A stretch of 63,513 nt of DNA, the filler included, from Octopus bimaculoides (lineage: Eukaryota), in NCBI RefSeq assembly GCF_001194135.2. It is 4 parts of 4 records of this genome, joined end to end, with 100 filler letters (N's around TTAATTAATTAA, not from the genome) between each part and the next. Parts side by side here need not be neighbours in the genome. Positions count along the whole stretch, not along the records: positions 45,782 to 60,913 come from NC_068996.1; positions 61,014 to 63,513 come from NC_069000.1; 2 more parts are not named here. One strand, given 5' to 3'. The notes beneath the pieces are model-generated. The model saw only the letters and a list, made by a program, of their open reading frames with translations, was not told where the DNA came from and did no database searches. Shown piece by piece: positions 51,119 to 63,513 of the stretch. How positions within the stretch are numbered: position 1 is the stretch's first letter; each line of letters starts with the position of its first letter. A program made the position numbers and the translations under genes.

Positions 51119-53779
51119 ACTGTTTTTTAAAAAGGATTTAGTAAATACATTGCTACGCATTCAACGGTTATATTTCTGAAACAATGTAAATAGTGAATGT
51201 AACTTATGGTTGTCGTTGTTGTTGTTTAACTCCAGGCCAGCTTGTTCCGTAGACCTATGATTAAAGGCCGTACAGCCGCGAAATCCTTATCCAATGCGCT
51301 CTTCTTTCCAGACGCATTATTTTAATTTTAAACGGTAGATTGTAATTTGCTGAAGTTTTGGCTATCATTTCTGACAATTTGACAGACCATGCTGTGGCTC
51401 ACTACTCACATGTGTTTTGGTATTGTTAAACTTTACCAAAACTTAGAGATTCGACTACATGTTCACTGGTTTCTTTGGCCCATTAGCTAAGTTATTTTAC
51501 AGACAGAAGCTTTTGGACAATAGTTATTGGAATGACAACAGTAACACACATATACATATGTAGATAAAACACAAATACGTCGCATACAGACCTCACACAT
51601 ATTGCACATACGCACACACACATGCACATACATGCAAACAAGATGGGGAAACGTTAGAAGTAGCACATAAAACTTGATTATTTCATTCTGCTTGATGTAT
51701 ATAAATCATTGTTAGCAAAATGGCCAGCTAGCCAGCCGCCATTTTATGCACAATGCTTATATTAAAATGACCAGCAATTCATTTAGATGAATCAATAAAT
51801 AACCAGAAAGATCGGCTATCAGTCGTTGCATCGTAAATAATGTTAAAGAGCAAAGGGAATTATAATAGGATTTAGATTAAATTTATCAAATAATTATATC
51901 TATCAGAGTATGTTATTATTGTCAATTTTAATTAAATATATTGGTTTTTGGAGACATTTGACCACGTTTGGCCGAGTTGGCAATATGCCGGACTACGAAC
52001 TGAACGGTTAGTGCTTCGTTACGTATCGTCGGCGCTGCATTATTTTTCATTACAAATGCATGACCAAACTCTCATATGCTCCAGGCCGGAAGTCTGTGAA
52101 TAGCCACCAAAAGATATGTAAACTTAAAGTTTGCTACTGTTACTAATAGCAACATTAAGTAAACGACAAGTATTTGCTTAGCTCCTTTTTAGCTCCTTTT
52201 GAGATTATATTCTGGGATTTTGCCAGTGTGAGTTAACCTAGTTAGCTAACCTACTTATATGATACTGAGATCATGATATTGGTGGTGTTCAAACCACGAG
52301 CTGATGGATTATGAGATTCGTTGCCACCATACTGAATAACTTGCGCCGATTGGTTTTGAAGACGATAGTGGTGATTCTGGCGGTGGAGGAGGAGGAGGAG
52401 AAACAAAAACAAAAACACTACACGGAACAAAACAGAAACGCACAATTATCCAAAGAATGTGGTAAAAGTCTATCTCAGGCTCTTGCCTCAAAACCTTCTC
52501 AAATAAAATAAACAAGAAAAACAGTTTATATAATGCATAAAATTTGGTGTGACGAAAGGTGAGGCCTAACGCTTCAGACAGGGCCTTTCATCAATGAAGA
52601 AATTAAGACGTTATGTTGTATGATTTTGAATGAATTTATTTATATATACTTTTAAGAAACAACGTTCACATTCCTTCTCAGAAGCCAAAATGTCATACGT
52701 CAAATTTCTTCAAGACAAGTTCATTTTGTTTGCAAATTATATAAATTGTTTTAGGATGTTCCGAGACAAATCATCACAAGTTTGCTAGAGTTTCAGTTTC
52801 TTTTTGTATATTGTTCTTAACGTTGTAATGATTAGAAAGAAATTTTTTATTATTGTTTGATTCCATACCATTCCTGATCCACACAGACCTATAATCAAAC
52901 GAGGCATTCTGTGGTGAGTTTTCGTTCCGGAGATTTCCCCCCACCACCTTTCCCTCCCGTTTTTACTGGAACAGTTTGTAGGAGAGTGACGCTATTAGGT
53001 GTCACTGTTAGGAGGAGGCTGTAATGAAAGGGTGAGAAATAAAGAAAATGAAAATGAAGAAAATGACTACGTGGCTGAAAATGTTGATAAAGTAAATGGC
53101 GTTTTGAACCTGGTTAAAACAGAGAACACCAGCAATCAGTGAATCATAGCCGTGCTGGTGTTGTAGCTGACATAATAGGATACAAGCGGTAGACAGTTGA
53201 AGAAAAGAAGGGAAAGGAGAAGAAAGAACAAAACTGGAGAAAGAGAATTCAAATGAAAATGGAAAGAACTGGGGCAACTAAATAGGATAATGAGAGTAGA
53301 ACTCAAGAGTGGGGCAATAATCAGAAAATTGAAAGGACAGCACAGGCTAGAAGAGTGGGAAAAGAATTAGTGCATGAACAATTGTTACAAAGGTGTGGCA
53401 TTAAAGGCCAAATTGAAAAGATACGCTAGATGCAAAGATATGCTAGATGCTAGATGCAAAGATATGCTAGATGCTAGATGCAGAATAGATCGTTTCACTC
53501 AAATAGAAGGCATCTTTTTGAGGAAGTAGAAGCGGAACAACATTAGTGTTTTCTCTGATGCAGAAGAACATAAAGTGTTTTGAACTTGGAAACAAGCAAG
53601 TAAGACATATAGAAAGTGTAGGATGGTTAACACAGGAGGAGAAACTTACAACCATGTAGAAACAAAAGGACGCCAGAATTGATCTGTATTTATTCAGATT
53701 GAAGTTGAAAAATATACCGAATTGTAAAGGACCTGGCCAGATGCAGTACAAGGTTATTAGCTCAAAAATTTTACACAGT

Positions 53780-54950
53780 AACATGAAAGCATTGTAGCAC
53801 ACCTTGGTGAATGCTAGCAGCAGGGATACGTTTCTCCTTGGATGACGACAAATGGACGAAAGACTATGTATGGTGCCATCATCCGAAAGCTGATATTAAC
53901 CGGTTATACTTGAAGAGAGACCGGAGTGAAAGAAGTTTGATTGCTGCGGAAGAATGTGTGCAGGTAGAAAGAAAAAGCCTTCTAGAATATTTACAGAACA
54001 ACACAGGAAAACTACTAAAGGCGGTGAATAAGGAACAGGTGATCAAATCTGGAAAAGCAGAAAAGGACAAAGAATGAAATTCTTTATTAAACTGATTGAT
54101 GAGAAACCTTTGCATGGTCAGTTTTTGAAAGCCCCTTAGGTTGTATGCAGAACAAAATAACGGGCTTGGTGGAAAAAAAAGAGCAATTGAGAAAAGGAAC
54201 AGAGAACTTTATGCAGCTCATGATCAAGCGCTGTGAACAAACAACCCGAGAAAATATATGTATGGGGAGTGGATGAAACCATTGCCAATATTACGAACGA
54301 TTGCCCTAGACTTGCCCAAAACCACTACAAGTTGTGGCGACCTGATCAGGTAAGTGCTACACTGGAAACTGTACAAAAAGTGGGGGCTAGAGAGAGAGAC
54401 AAGGCGTGGCATGAGAAAAAAACCCACCGAGAGTAGCGGAGTCGGAGACTAGTAAAATCCTGTGGGATTTCCCAATCCAAACAGACCAGGTGCTAGAGTA
54501 TATCAGACAGGATCTGGCGGTGGTGGATAAGGTGCGCCACATATACTATATAGTTGATATTGGATATCCCTTTGACCCACAAATAATCAAGAAAGAAGGC
54601 GGAAAGATAGATAAATACAACCTTCTTAAGTATGAAATAGCCAGGCTGTGAAAAATGAAGGTGAAGGTAGTGCCAATTATTGGTGGGTCCTTGGGAACAA
54701 TATCAGAAGACATCAAGAAGAATATAAAGGAAATTGGCATAGAGTTCCCACTAGAACTGTTAAAAATGGTCTGCCTCCTTGGGACGGCCAACAAAAATCA
54801 GGCAAGTATTAGATAGCTGAAAAGAACGGATAGCATGGCACCGTAGGCTGAAAGTAGCAATCCTGCTACGCATGCAAGGCTCCAGGAGCTCCAACAAAAT
54901 CTGTGATAAAGAGAAATAATAATAAAAACAACAACAACAACAATAATAAT
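53780..54950 (+). mobile_element. R4/Dong-type LINE, 3' part, with (AAT/AAC)n tail
   Basis: HHPKADINRLYLKR..LIAAEECV, ILWDFPIQTD..DLAVVDK, KIDKYNLLKYEIARL, KVVPIIGGSLGTI. Tail at about 54915-54952. Confidence 0.85.
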
Positions 54951-54954
54951 AATA

Positions 54955-56990
54955 GATCTGCGGAAATTGAATCAGGAATCGAAAAATGTGAATGAAATCC
55001 TGAAATACATCAGAACAAAAACATCACAGAAAAAAGCAGCAAGTATTGTTGTAGCAGAAAATGTGGTTGTTGATGTCAAGAAAAAGAAATATAATGGGGT
55101 GACAAAAGAAAAGATCCATGGTGGAAAAGAAGAATACAGGCGGGGTTAGATATGCTCTCGAAGGACATTTCTGTGATAGACCGAAACTAGAAGGGGGAGC
55201 TTAAAAGCGAACAAAAATACAAGACACTGAACAGGAAATATGATATTGAAAGAAAGAGCCTGAAAGTGGTAATGTAGGAACTGAAACAACGTCTCGTTGC
55301 AAAGAAAGCAAAGATGGTGAAGTACAACAAAAGAATGAAGGGATACCAGCAGAATAGGTTATTCAGAGTAGATCAGAAGAGATTCTACAAACAAATAAAT
55401 GGAGAGTGTACAAATGAAAAGTTGATAACAGATAACAATGAAAGTCAAAGGTTTTGGAGTGACATCTGGAGCAAAGACAAGGAGCACAAGAAGGATGCTG
55501 AATGGTTGCAAGAACCGAAACAAACAGTAGTCTGTCCCAAACAGGCAGAACTAGTCCTTTCAGTTAGGAAAGTAAAGGAAATCAAAAAAAAAAAAAAAAA
55601 AGGGGCAACTAAAAGGCCTTGGGACCAGATGGACTTCAAGACTACTGGATCAAAAGATTTGGTGAATGACATACACAAATAGCTGCACAACTCAACATAT
55701 TATTAAATGCCGACCAAGTAATACCAGAGTGGTTGACAATGAGTAGGATAGTGTTGTGCTTGAAAAACATCGAAAAAGCAATACGGTAGACAATCAAAGG
55801 CCGATATCCTGCTTGCCACTTATGTGGAGATTATTGACTGGAATAGTCGCAGAGTCAATGTACGGACATCTGGGAAAATAGCGTCCTGCCACATGAGCAG
55901 AAGGATTGCAAGCGTAAGTGCAGAGGTACAAAGGATCAACTCCTGGTAGACAAAAATGTACATAGAGACTGCAAGAGGAGGAAAACTAACTTAACCATGT
56001 CATAGATCGATTATCGCAAGGTGTACGATATGATCCCACATTATTGGATTATGGAATGCATGAATCTGTTTGATACTGCATCGAATATTGAGCGATTGCT
56101 TGGAAAAAGTATGACGAACTGGAGGACGAACCTGACAACATACAGAATAAGTTTAGGGACAGTAGAAATCAGGAGAGGCATCTTTCAAGGGGACTGCCTG
56201 TCCCCACTGATCTTTGTACTGTGCTTTATACCACTAACACTGATTCTGAGGAAAGAAAAAGCTGGGTATGTATTAAAAAACCGCCAACAAAAAGTCAACC
56301 ATTTGTTATTCATGGATAACCTCAAACTTTATGGTAAAGATGAAGCCCAAGTCAGTTCCTTCGTTGATATGGTGTATACCTTCAGTTCTGATATCGGAAT
56401 GGCGTTCGGACTGAAAAAGTGTGGTGTGTTAGTCTTGAAGAGAGGTAAAATCAAATGTATGGACGGGTTAACAATACCGTCGGGGGAGGTTATGAAGCAG
56501 ATAGAAGAGACACGCTTTAAGTACTTGAGGATTTTGGAAATGGATAAATTGATGGAGGAAGAAATGACAGAAAAATTTAAGGTGGTGTACTTGCACAAAC
56601 TGATACTGATCCTTAAGTCGAAATTAAACGGACGGAATAAGATTGAATCTATCAACACCTGGGAGGTTTCACTCCTTAGATATGAAGCGGGATAATCGCA
56701 TGGACAGGAGACGAACTGGATAGCTTAGACAGAAAGACAAGGAAGTTGCTGACTAGCCATGGGATACTCTACCCAAAAAGTGACACAGACAGACAGTATG
56801 TATTAAGAAAAAGAGGGGGAAGAGGACTGATTAGATACGAACACAGCATTAGAACAGAAGAAAACAACAACATAGCATGTTGCGTAAAAATGTCGCAAAA
56901 CCACTATTATTGGAAGTAAGAAGGTCAGGTTTGTGTTGGATGGAAGATTGTAAAGATAAAGCACTGTACAAGCACTTGAGAATGAATGAA
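54955..56990 (+). mobile_element. R4/Dong-type LINE, RT-containing fragment
   Basis: ORF 56021-56695: YDMIPH, RRGIFQGDCLSPLIF, NHLLFMDNLKLY, FSSDIGMAFGLKKC, SKLNGRNKI. Stops and frameshifts upstream. Confidence 0.9.
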
Positions 56991-57289
56991 ACTGAAAATA
57001 GGTGGATAAAGAAAAGAACGGAGGAATAATATCAGATTGGACGACTAGAAGGGGTACAATACTCCTTTTGAAAGATAAAAGTAAGGGTAACACAGCTAGC
57101 AATTTAGACCAATCACTTGCTTACCATTAGTGTGGAAAGTGTTAAGAGGGATGCTTTCAGAAAGCGTTTACGAACAACTTGACAATCAGAATTTACTACC
57201 AGAGGAAGAGAAAAATTACAGGAAGAAGGCTAGAGGCAACATAAAAGAATTAATTAGCTTTAGCATGAAGACATGGAAAGTAGGTCTCT

Positions 57290-58741
57290 ACTCAAGTGAC
57301 AATACTTAGGGTTAATATCAAGTTAATATCAAGTTAATATCAAGAGAGGAATTTTCCAAGGCGACTCGTTATTCCCTTTAAAATTTGTCTCATGTTTGAT
57401 CCTCCCTTAGTTTAGTATTAAGGGAGGAAAAGGAAGGGTATCAGTTCAGAAATAGTAAGGGAAAAATTAAAAGAGACAGATTCCTTAATACAGACTAAGA
57501 ATCTTCAGCAATGATATAGGCATTGAATTTGGCATAGATAAGTGTGCAATATTAGTCATGAGAAGGGGACAGGTAGTCAACAGTGAAGGCATCCAATTAC
57601 CAGATGTTTAGACATTAAAATCACTGAAAGGAGGAGAGAGTTATAAGTATCTAAGAGTATTAGAATCTGACACAGTGCTAACTACAGAAATGAAAACGAA
57701 AATTGAGAAAAGTATATCAGAAAGGTGAGGAAGCTAATGAAGTCAAAGCTAAATGATCCGAATCTAGTGGAAGCTGTAAATACTTGGGCAATATCATTAC
57801 TTAGATACTCAACAGCTTTTGTAGATTGGAAAAAAAACTGAATTAGCAAAGCTAGACAGAAGAATTAGGAAGGAATTCAATATGAATGGAGGACTTCATT
57901 CTAGAGCAGCAGTAGCAAGTTTATACTTACCTAGAAAGGAAGGCGGTAGAGGGTTAATATCACTGGAAGACTGCGTGGAGTTAGCTAGAGCAGATATAGA
58001 CTCCTATGTAGGTAATAATGAAGACAGTTTATTAAAAGCTGCTAGAGTCACAGCAAGACATGGGGAAATCCAAAGACCAAACGAACTTAAAAACCAGAAA
58101 AAAGAACAGAAGCTACCTGACTGGCAGGAGAAGGCGTTGCATGGTAGATTCCCAAAGATAGTTGTAGCAATTAGTAGTGATAAGACATGGTTACGGTTGC
58201 AGAAAGGAAAGCTGAAAAGGGAGACAGAAAGTTTGTTAGTAGCTGCACAAGACTAAACATTAAGGACTAATTGGATAAAATCCAATACAGACAAAAACCA
58301 AGTAGATTCCCTATGTAGATTATGCAAATCAAAAGAGGAAAGTGTCACTCATATAGTAAGTGAATGTAGCATGCTGGCACAGAAAGAATACAAGAGAAGA
58401 CATGACAATCTGGAGAGAATAATCCACTGGGAGTTGTGGAGAAAGCTAGGATTTGAACATACTGATAAATAGTATGAACATGAACCTAGTAAAGTATTAG
58501 AAAGTAAGAAATTCAAGATGTTGTGGGACTTTAACATTCAGAATGACAGAGTAATAGAAGCCAGAAGGCCTGATTTAGTAGTAGTAGTAGTAGATAAAGA
58601 GAATAGAGAGTGTCAGATAATTGACTTTACAGTCTCAAATGATGAAAAAATCAATATGCGAGGTATAGAAAAAATAGCAAAGTATCAAGACCTAGCCATT
58701 GAAAGAATTTTTCTTTTCCAACAGTCTAATCTGTTGTGTAA

Positions 58742-58806
<65 letters not shown>

Positions 58807-58826
58807 TAACAAATAATAATAACAAT

Positions 58827-58874
<48 letters not shown>

Positions 58875-59275
58875 AATAGAAGCTAAAAGGCCTGGTTTAG
58901 TAGTAGTAGATAAAGAAAATAGAAAGTGCCAGATAATTGCCTTTACAGTCCCGAATTATGAGAAAATCAATATGAGATGTAGAGAGAAAATAGAAAAGTA
59001 CCAGGACCTAGCTATCGAATTACACAGACTGGAAAGTGCAGGTAAAATGTATCCCAGTAGTTATAGGTACATTGGGAACTATCCCTAAAGATCTGAACTG
59101 CTGGATGGAGGAAACAGGCATAACCCAGTTTAGTACATCTCCAGAAAACGGTGTTATTAGAGACAGCTAGGATACTTAGGAGGGTTCTTGGCATCTAAGG
59201 TTACTTGTTGTAGCCCGATGTTAGCATTTTTCCTTTTCCAACAGCCTATTCTGTTGTGCGTACATGAATAATAAT
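57290..59275 (+). mobile_element. R4/Dong-type LINE, 3' half, with duplicated 3' end and two tails
   Basis: RGIFQGDSL, ORF 57882-58256 (LHSRAAVASLYLPRKEGGRGL..ETESLLVAAQD), CRLCKSKEESVTHIVSEC, LWDFNIQND..RPDL..KYQDLA. Tails at 58741-58878 and 59248-59272. Confidence 0.88.
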
Positions 59276-59812
59276 AATAATAATAATAATAATCGTGATG
59301 CAATACCAGAAATTGGTTCTCATGGCTTCTGATTTTAACTTATAGGAAATGTTATCATGTACATGTTTTGTCTTGGCGTAAAGGGTGGGCTACAGCAAAT
59401 ATTCTGCTCAATACCACAGATTTGCTTGTCAGTTGTTTGAACTTAACCAATTGAGCATGTCCCTTGGTGGCTGATGATACGTGCATCTTTGATCATGAGA
59501 AGAAGTAGGGGGGGGCATTATAGCCATGTGTTGAGAGGAATTTTGGGGATTTGAATAATTCATCTCTAAAAACATTGGTGTTTCGTTCAATATCCTTAAC
59601 CAACCATTATTCAGGGACCTTTTGAGCGGGATGGGCCACTCGAAGTGAAGAAAATTCTAACTGGGCCTCACCTGCAAGGTCATGCGCTGTTTATCTTGAT
59701 ATGTCGCGTACATATGGTTGTGATGCATGTGCCTGGTGTACCCTTAGTCATGATGAGTATACAAGGCTTCGTATATTTGTACCTCAGTGTCACTTTGATG
59801 GCAGGCACCGCT
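59275..59812 (-). mobile_element. Unclassified interspersed repeat (same family as 22155-22345)
   Basis: The 59640-59805 portion has a second copy in this window. The extent below 59640 is inferred from composition. Confidence 0.55.
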
Positions 59813-60574
59813 CTCTCACTCAACAACAACAACGACAACAGCAACAACAACAACAACAACAAGGAAGGTTCTAAGCACTTTAAAGACTGCTGAAAAATTG
59901 GGATACCTAAGGTTACAGGTAATAACCAGCTATCCACATAATTCCTTCCAGGAATTAGACCTAACCTGAGCCAAGCTTATATAATAATAATAATAATATA
60001 TATGCTCCCCTTTAAGAAAAGAGGAAAAATAATGTGAAGTTGATGATACAACACACTACACACATGCACAAACATATAGAGACAGTCATTCACATATGCA
60101 TACACGTACATACATATACGCACACACAAATACGCGCACGCAGATATACATATCTGTGTGTTCGTATGCATATGTGGGTATTTATAAACCATCCATGTCC
60201 ACTTCGTGTTTGTGTTTATGTTTATCAATGTAAACTGGTGTATCTAATTACATCTCTTTATGCCAAACAGTAAATTTAACTCGACAAAATAAGCACCAGA
60301 CTGATGACTCTTCAGAAACGCTGCCCTAGAATGGCGACAATCCAGTAACTGAAATGAGTCTTCGTTTTTCTTTTGCTGTTGCGTTTTACTTTATAATAGA
60401 AAATGTTTTCATAAAAGTGAGTGAAAAAAAAAATAAAGAAAAGGATGAGATAAAGAGAAAGAGAGAAGGCGATGGTGGTGATGGAGAGAATAGAAAAGAA
60501 AGTGTGTTTGTGTTAGTGATAGAATGTATGTGTGTGTGTGTGTTGTATTAGCAATAGTCTTGAGTATTACATAT

Positions 60575-60880
60575 AGGCATTGCTGTGTCGTTAAGAAGTT
60601 CGCTTTGCTAACATGTGGTCTCGGGTTCATTCTCATTTCGTGTGACACCTTGAGCAAATGTCTTTTACAATAGCCTTAGGCCGACCAATGATTTGTGAAT
60701 GAATTTAATTGATGGAAACTATGTGGGAGCCCATTGTGCGTAGTATGCACACACACACATACTTCACACGCGCGCGCGCACACACACATATATCTCCGTG
60801 AGACCATAATACTTTTTTAAGGCGGTGCTCTAGTATGGCCGCAGTCAAAATGACTGAAACAAGCAAAAGAATAAAAGAAT
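60575..60880 (+). mobile_element. Degenerate SINE family 2
   Basis: ggcattgctgtgtcgttaagaag head, gacaccttgagcaaatgtc, ggccgaccaa, and 3' end ggcggtgctctagtatggccgcagtcaaaatgactgaaacaag. Confidence 0.7.
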
Positions 60881-61013
60881 ACATACATACATACATATAT
60901 GTATATATATATANNNNNNNNNNNNNNNNNNNNNNNNNNNNNNNNNNNNNNNNNNNNTTAATTAATTAANNNNNNNNNNNNNNNNNNNNNNNNNNNNNNN
61001 NNNNNNNNNNNNN

Positions 61014-61067
<54 letters not shown>

Positions 61068-61516
61068 GCGTACACACACTAAAGTAATTCCTGTGTGGCA
61101 AGTTTCAACACACCAGTAAATGTATTGTTTGCTGTTTTCTGTATACATAATTAGATAAGTTCCGTTTTAAATCCAAATGACCGCGGCTGTATCTCTTACT
61201 AAAGAGATGAAATTCAGCTAAAACATTGTTTTCTGGTCATCTGCTAACTTTACTTGGCGTTTGACTCGATGTGTTTTGAAACACGGTCTCTACCGAGATA
61301 ACTTTTTCTACGAGATAAAAATTCCGCAGTGAATGCCCATCGCCTTATTTTGATTCTCTCACCACACCCTACATACACACATACATACATAAATACATGC
61401 ATACATATATACATACATACATGCATGCATGCATACATACATACATACATACATACATACATACATACATACATACACACACATATCCAGATATGTATAT
61501 ATTCATATATATCTAT

Positions 61517-61766
61517 TGAATGCTCGAAGTAAATAGTAGATAGACAGCCGACTACTAATGAGGGGTCGTTCTCTGTGTTTACTTGTCCTGTTTTCCATTT
61601 TTTCTCTCGTTGTTTGCGTATTTACCTCGTTTGTTTTCGTACTTTCCAAGTAAGTTTATTTTAACCTTTTTGATGCGACTCTACTCTATACTGCTTTCGT
61701 CCCCATACTTCTCTAATTCCCTTTTACTCTCATTCACCGTTTTCTATCTGTCTCTCTCCCCTCTTT

Positions 61767-61813
<47 letters not shown>

Positions 61814-62258
61814 CTTGTTGCTCACACGTGACCATCGTCCATCTTTCTTTTCCTCACGTGACGATCTCTCTTTTCCTGTACGACGTTCTAAGGACTGGAC
61901 GTTTTCTTTCTCTCACTTCTATCTTTTCTCTTTTTTCAGAGAAAATATTTCTCCCAGCGTTCACTATTTTCTTCTCGTTCTGGTCTAACGACCCTCCATG
62001 TCTGATTTCGTTCGGTTTCCTTGTATGTCTCCACTGTTGTGTTTTTGTTTCCGACTTTGACCCTCTATAAATCCCAAATTTTATTTTAGATTTATGGTAA
62101 CAACTGTCTTTGGAGACTCATAGTGTTGTTGAATGCTCGAAATGAGGAGTAGATAGACAGCCGACAACTGATGAGGGGTTGTTCTTTGTGTTTACTTGTC
62201 CTGTTTTCCATTTTTTCTCTCGTTGTTTGTGTATTTACCTCGTTTGTTTTCGTACTTC
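61517..62258. repeat. About 130-bp direct repeats (61517-61648, 62129-62258) bracketing a CT-rich segment; possibly LTR-like ends of a retroelement
   Basis: ttgaatgctcgaa..tagatagacagccgac..tgaggggt.gttct.tgtgtttacttgtcctgttttccattttttctctcg..gtactt occurs twice. Confidence 0.8.
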
Positions 62259-63513
62259 ATGTTGTTTACACAGTTGGTGACGTCCTGGACCCATATATGC
62301 ATATATATNNNNNNNNNNNNNNNNNNNNNNNNNNNNNNNNNNNNNNNNNNNNNNNNNNNNNNNNNNNNNNNNNNNNNNNNNNNNNNNNNNNNNNNNNNNN
62401 NNNNNNNNNNNNNNNNNNNNNNNNNNNNNNNNNNNNNNNNNNNNNNNNNNNNNNNNNNNNNNNNNNNNNNNNNNNNNNNNNNNNNNNNNNNNNNNNNNNN
62501 NNNNNNNNNNCAACATACCCCCATCATCAGCTCCACGGATATCATTATGGTTTCGACACCTGGGCAGTACCATTATTCAATCCGGCGGTATCAACACTAA
62601 CTTTGAGATTAAACTACAACAAGAAACGTAAATCTCTGTACATCTGTATCGGTATTAATAGTAAACCTACAATAACGAAATTATAAACTAAATAGCGACC
62701 AATCTTTAACTCCATACAAATAATAATCCCACCAGTCTTCCATAATTACTGCTGTAATAACAGAGAGTGAAAGCTTTATTTCAATTCTCTCCAAAACCCA
62801 AAACAAAACACCATTGAAATTAATGAATAATATAATAATTATGGGTGAAATACATTATTTCATAATTCAAAAGTTAATAAAAACACTACATACTCTTAAT
62901 ATATATTACCCTTATAAGCTATGATGTAAACTTACCACTAGCTAATAAAAGCAATAAATTTATAAATAGGAACTAATAAAAGTGTACTTGTAATTAACTA
63001 TTATTATAAAACTTTGCTACGCTTAAAGCTAAATTAAAACTGTTTAAAAGATAATAAAACTACAACGGATCCAAGGGGATAATTCAAAGGTAGCTAAATG
63101 TGGCTTAAGTGTCCTAGAAAACAATGGACACACTTGTGTGGGATTTGAATCCGGGAACAAGCAAGATATATTTATGAGAAAAATAGGAAAAATAGAAAAT
63201 AGAGACAAACACTCAAGATATTATTAAATCATTTTATATCTCCATATCTCCTACACATGTTTCGATGTATGCATCCAAAATACGTCTGGGGCTTCATATA
63301 TCTGTTAAAATGTCTATTTGATGAGTACTGTTATTTATATTCTCCCTGAAGAGATTGATGCATAGCTGACCATTATTTTCATTCTTTCGGACGTAGTTTG
63401 AATGCATCCATCGAAACATATGTAGAAGATATGAAGATATAAATGATTTAACACCTCGAGCGTTTGTCTCCATTTTGTATTTTTCCCGTATATATATATA
63501 TATATATATATAT

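Noticed and set aside
48242-51130. Long low-complexity ORFs (YVCM, HTHT, poly-E, poly-L, poly-T), and all ORFs running through N gaps
   Set aside because: They are translations of microsatellites or gaps.
62521-62690. Possible COX3 NUMT (HYGFDTW, LYICI)
   Set aside because: The similarity is limited to a few residues, and the conserved WYWHFVDVVW motif is absent.

Overview
AT-rich animal genomic DNA full of microsatellites, SINEs and N gaps. Repeat families and assembly style suggest an octopus or other coleoid cephalopod (inference, no search run). The only host protein-coding genes I can support are two tandem, plus-strand, two-exon interleukin-17-like genes. I reconstructed their first exons by eye; they are not in the ORF track. 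Gene B (38643-38657 + 40481-40978, 170 aa) is a canonical invertebrate IL-17 with 10 mature Cys, a TATA box and an NF-kB decamer. Gene A (27723-27725 + 32179-32709, 177 aa) has an intact ORF but is strongly remodelled. Both Cys of the third cystine-knot disulfide are Ser (the vertebrate state), it has four new N-glycosylation sequons and a relocated start codon, and no kB site is visible. It also carries a Tc1 remnant in its intron and a 216-bp inverted repeat just behind the stop codon. Both 3' UTRs share a 7-bp-stem triloop hairpin with pairing-preserving substitutions. The rest is decayed transposons (Tc1/mariner, R4/Dong-type LINEs, Penelope-like fragments, a pogo/Tc2-like MITE, at least three tRNA-derived SINE families, a possible non-autonomous Helitron), simple repeats and assembly artefacts.
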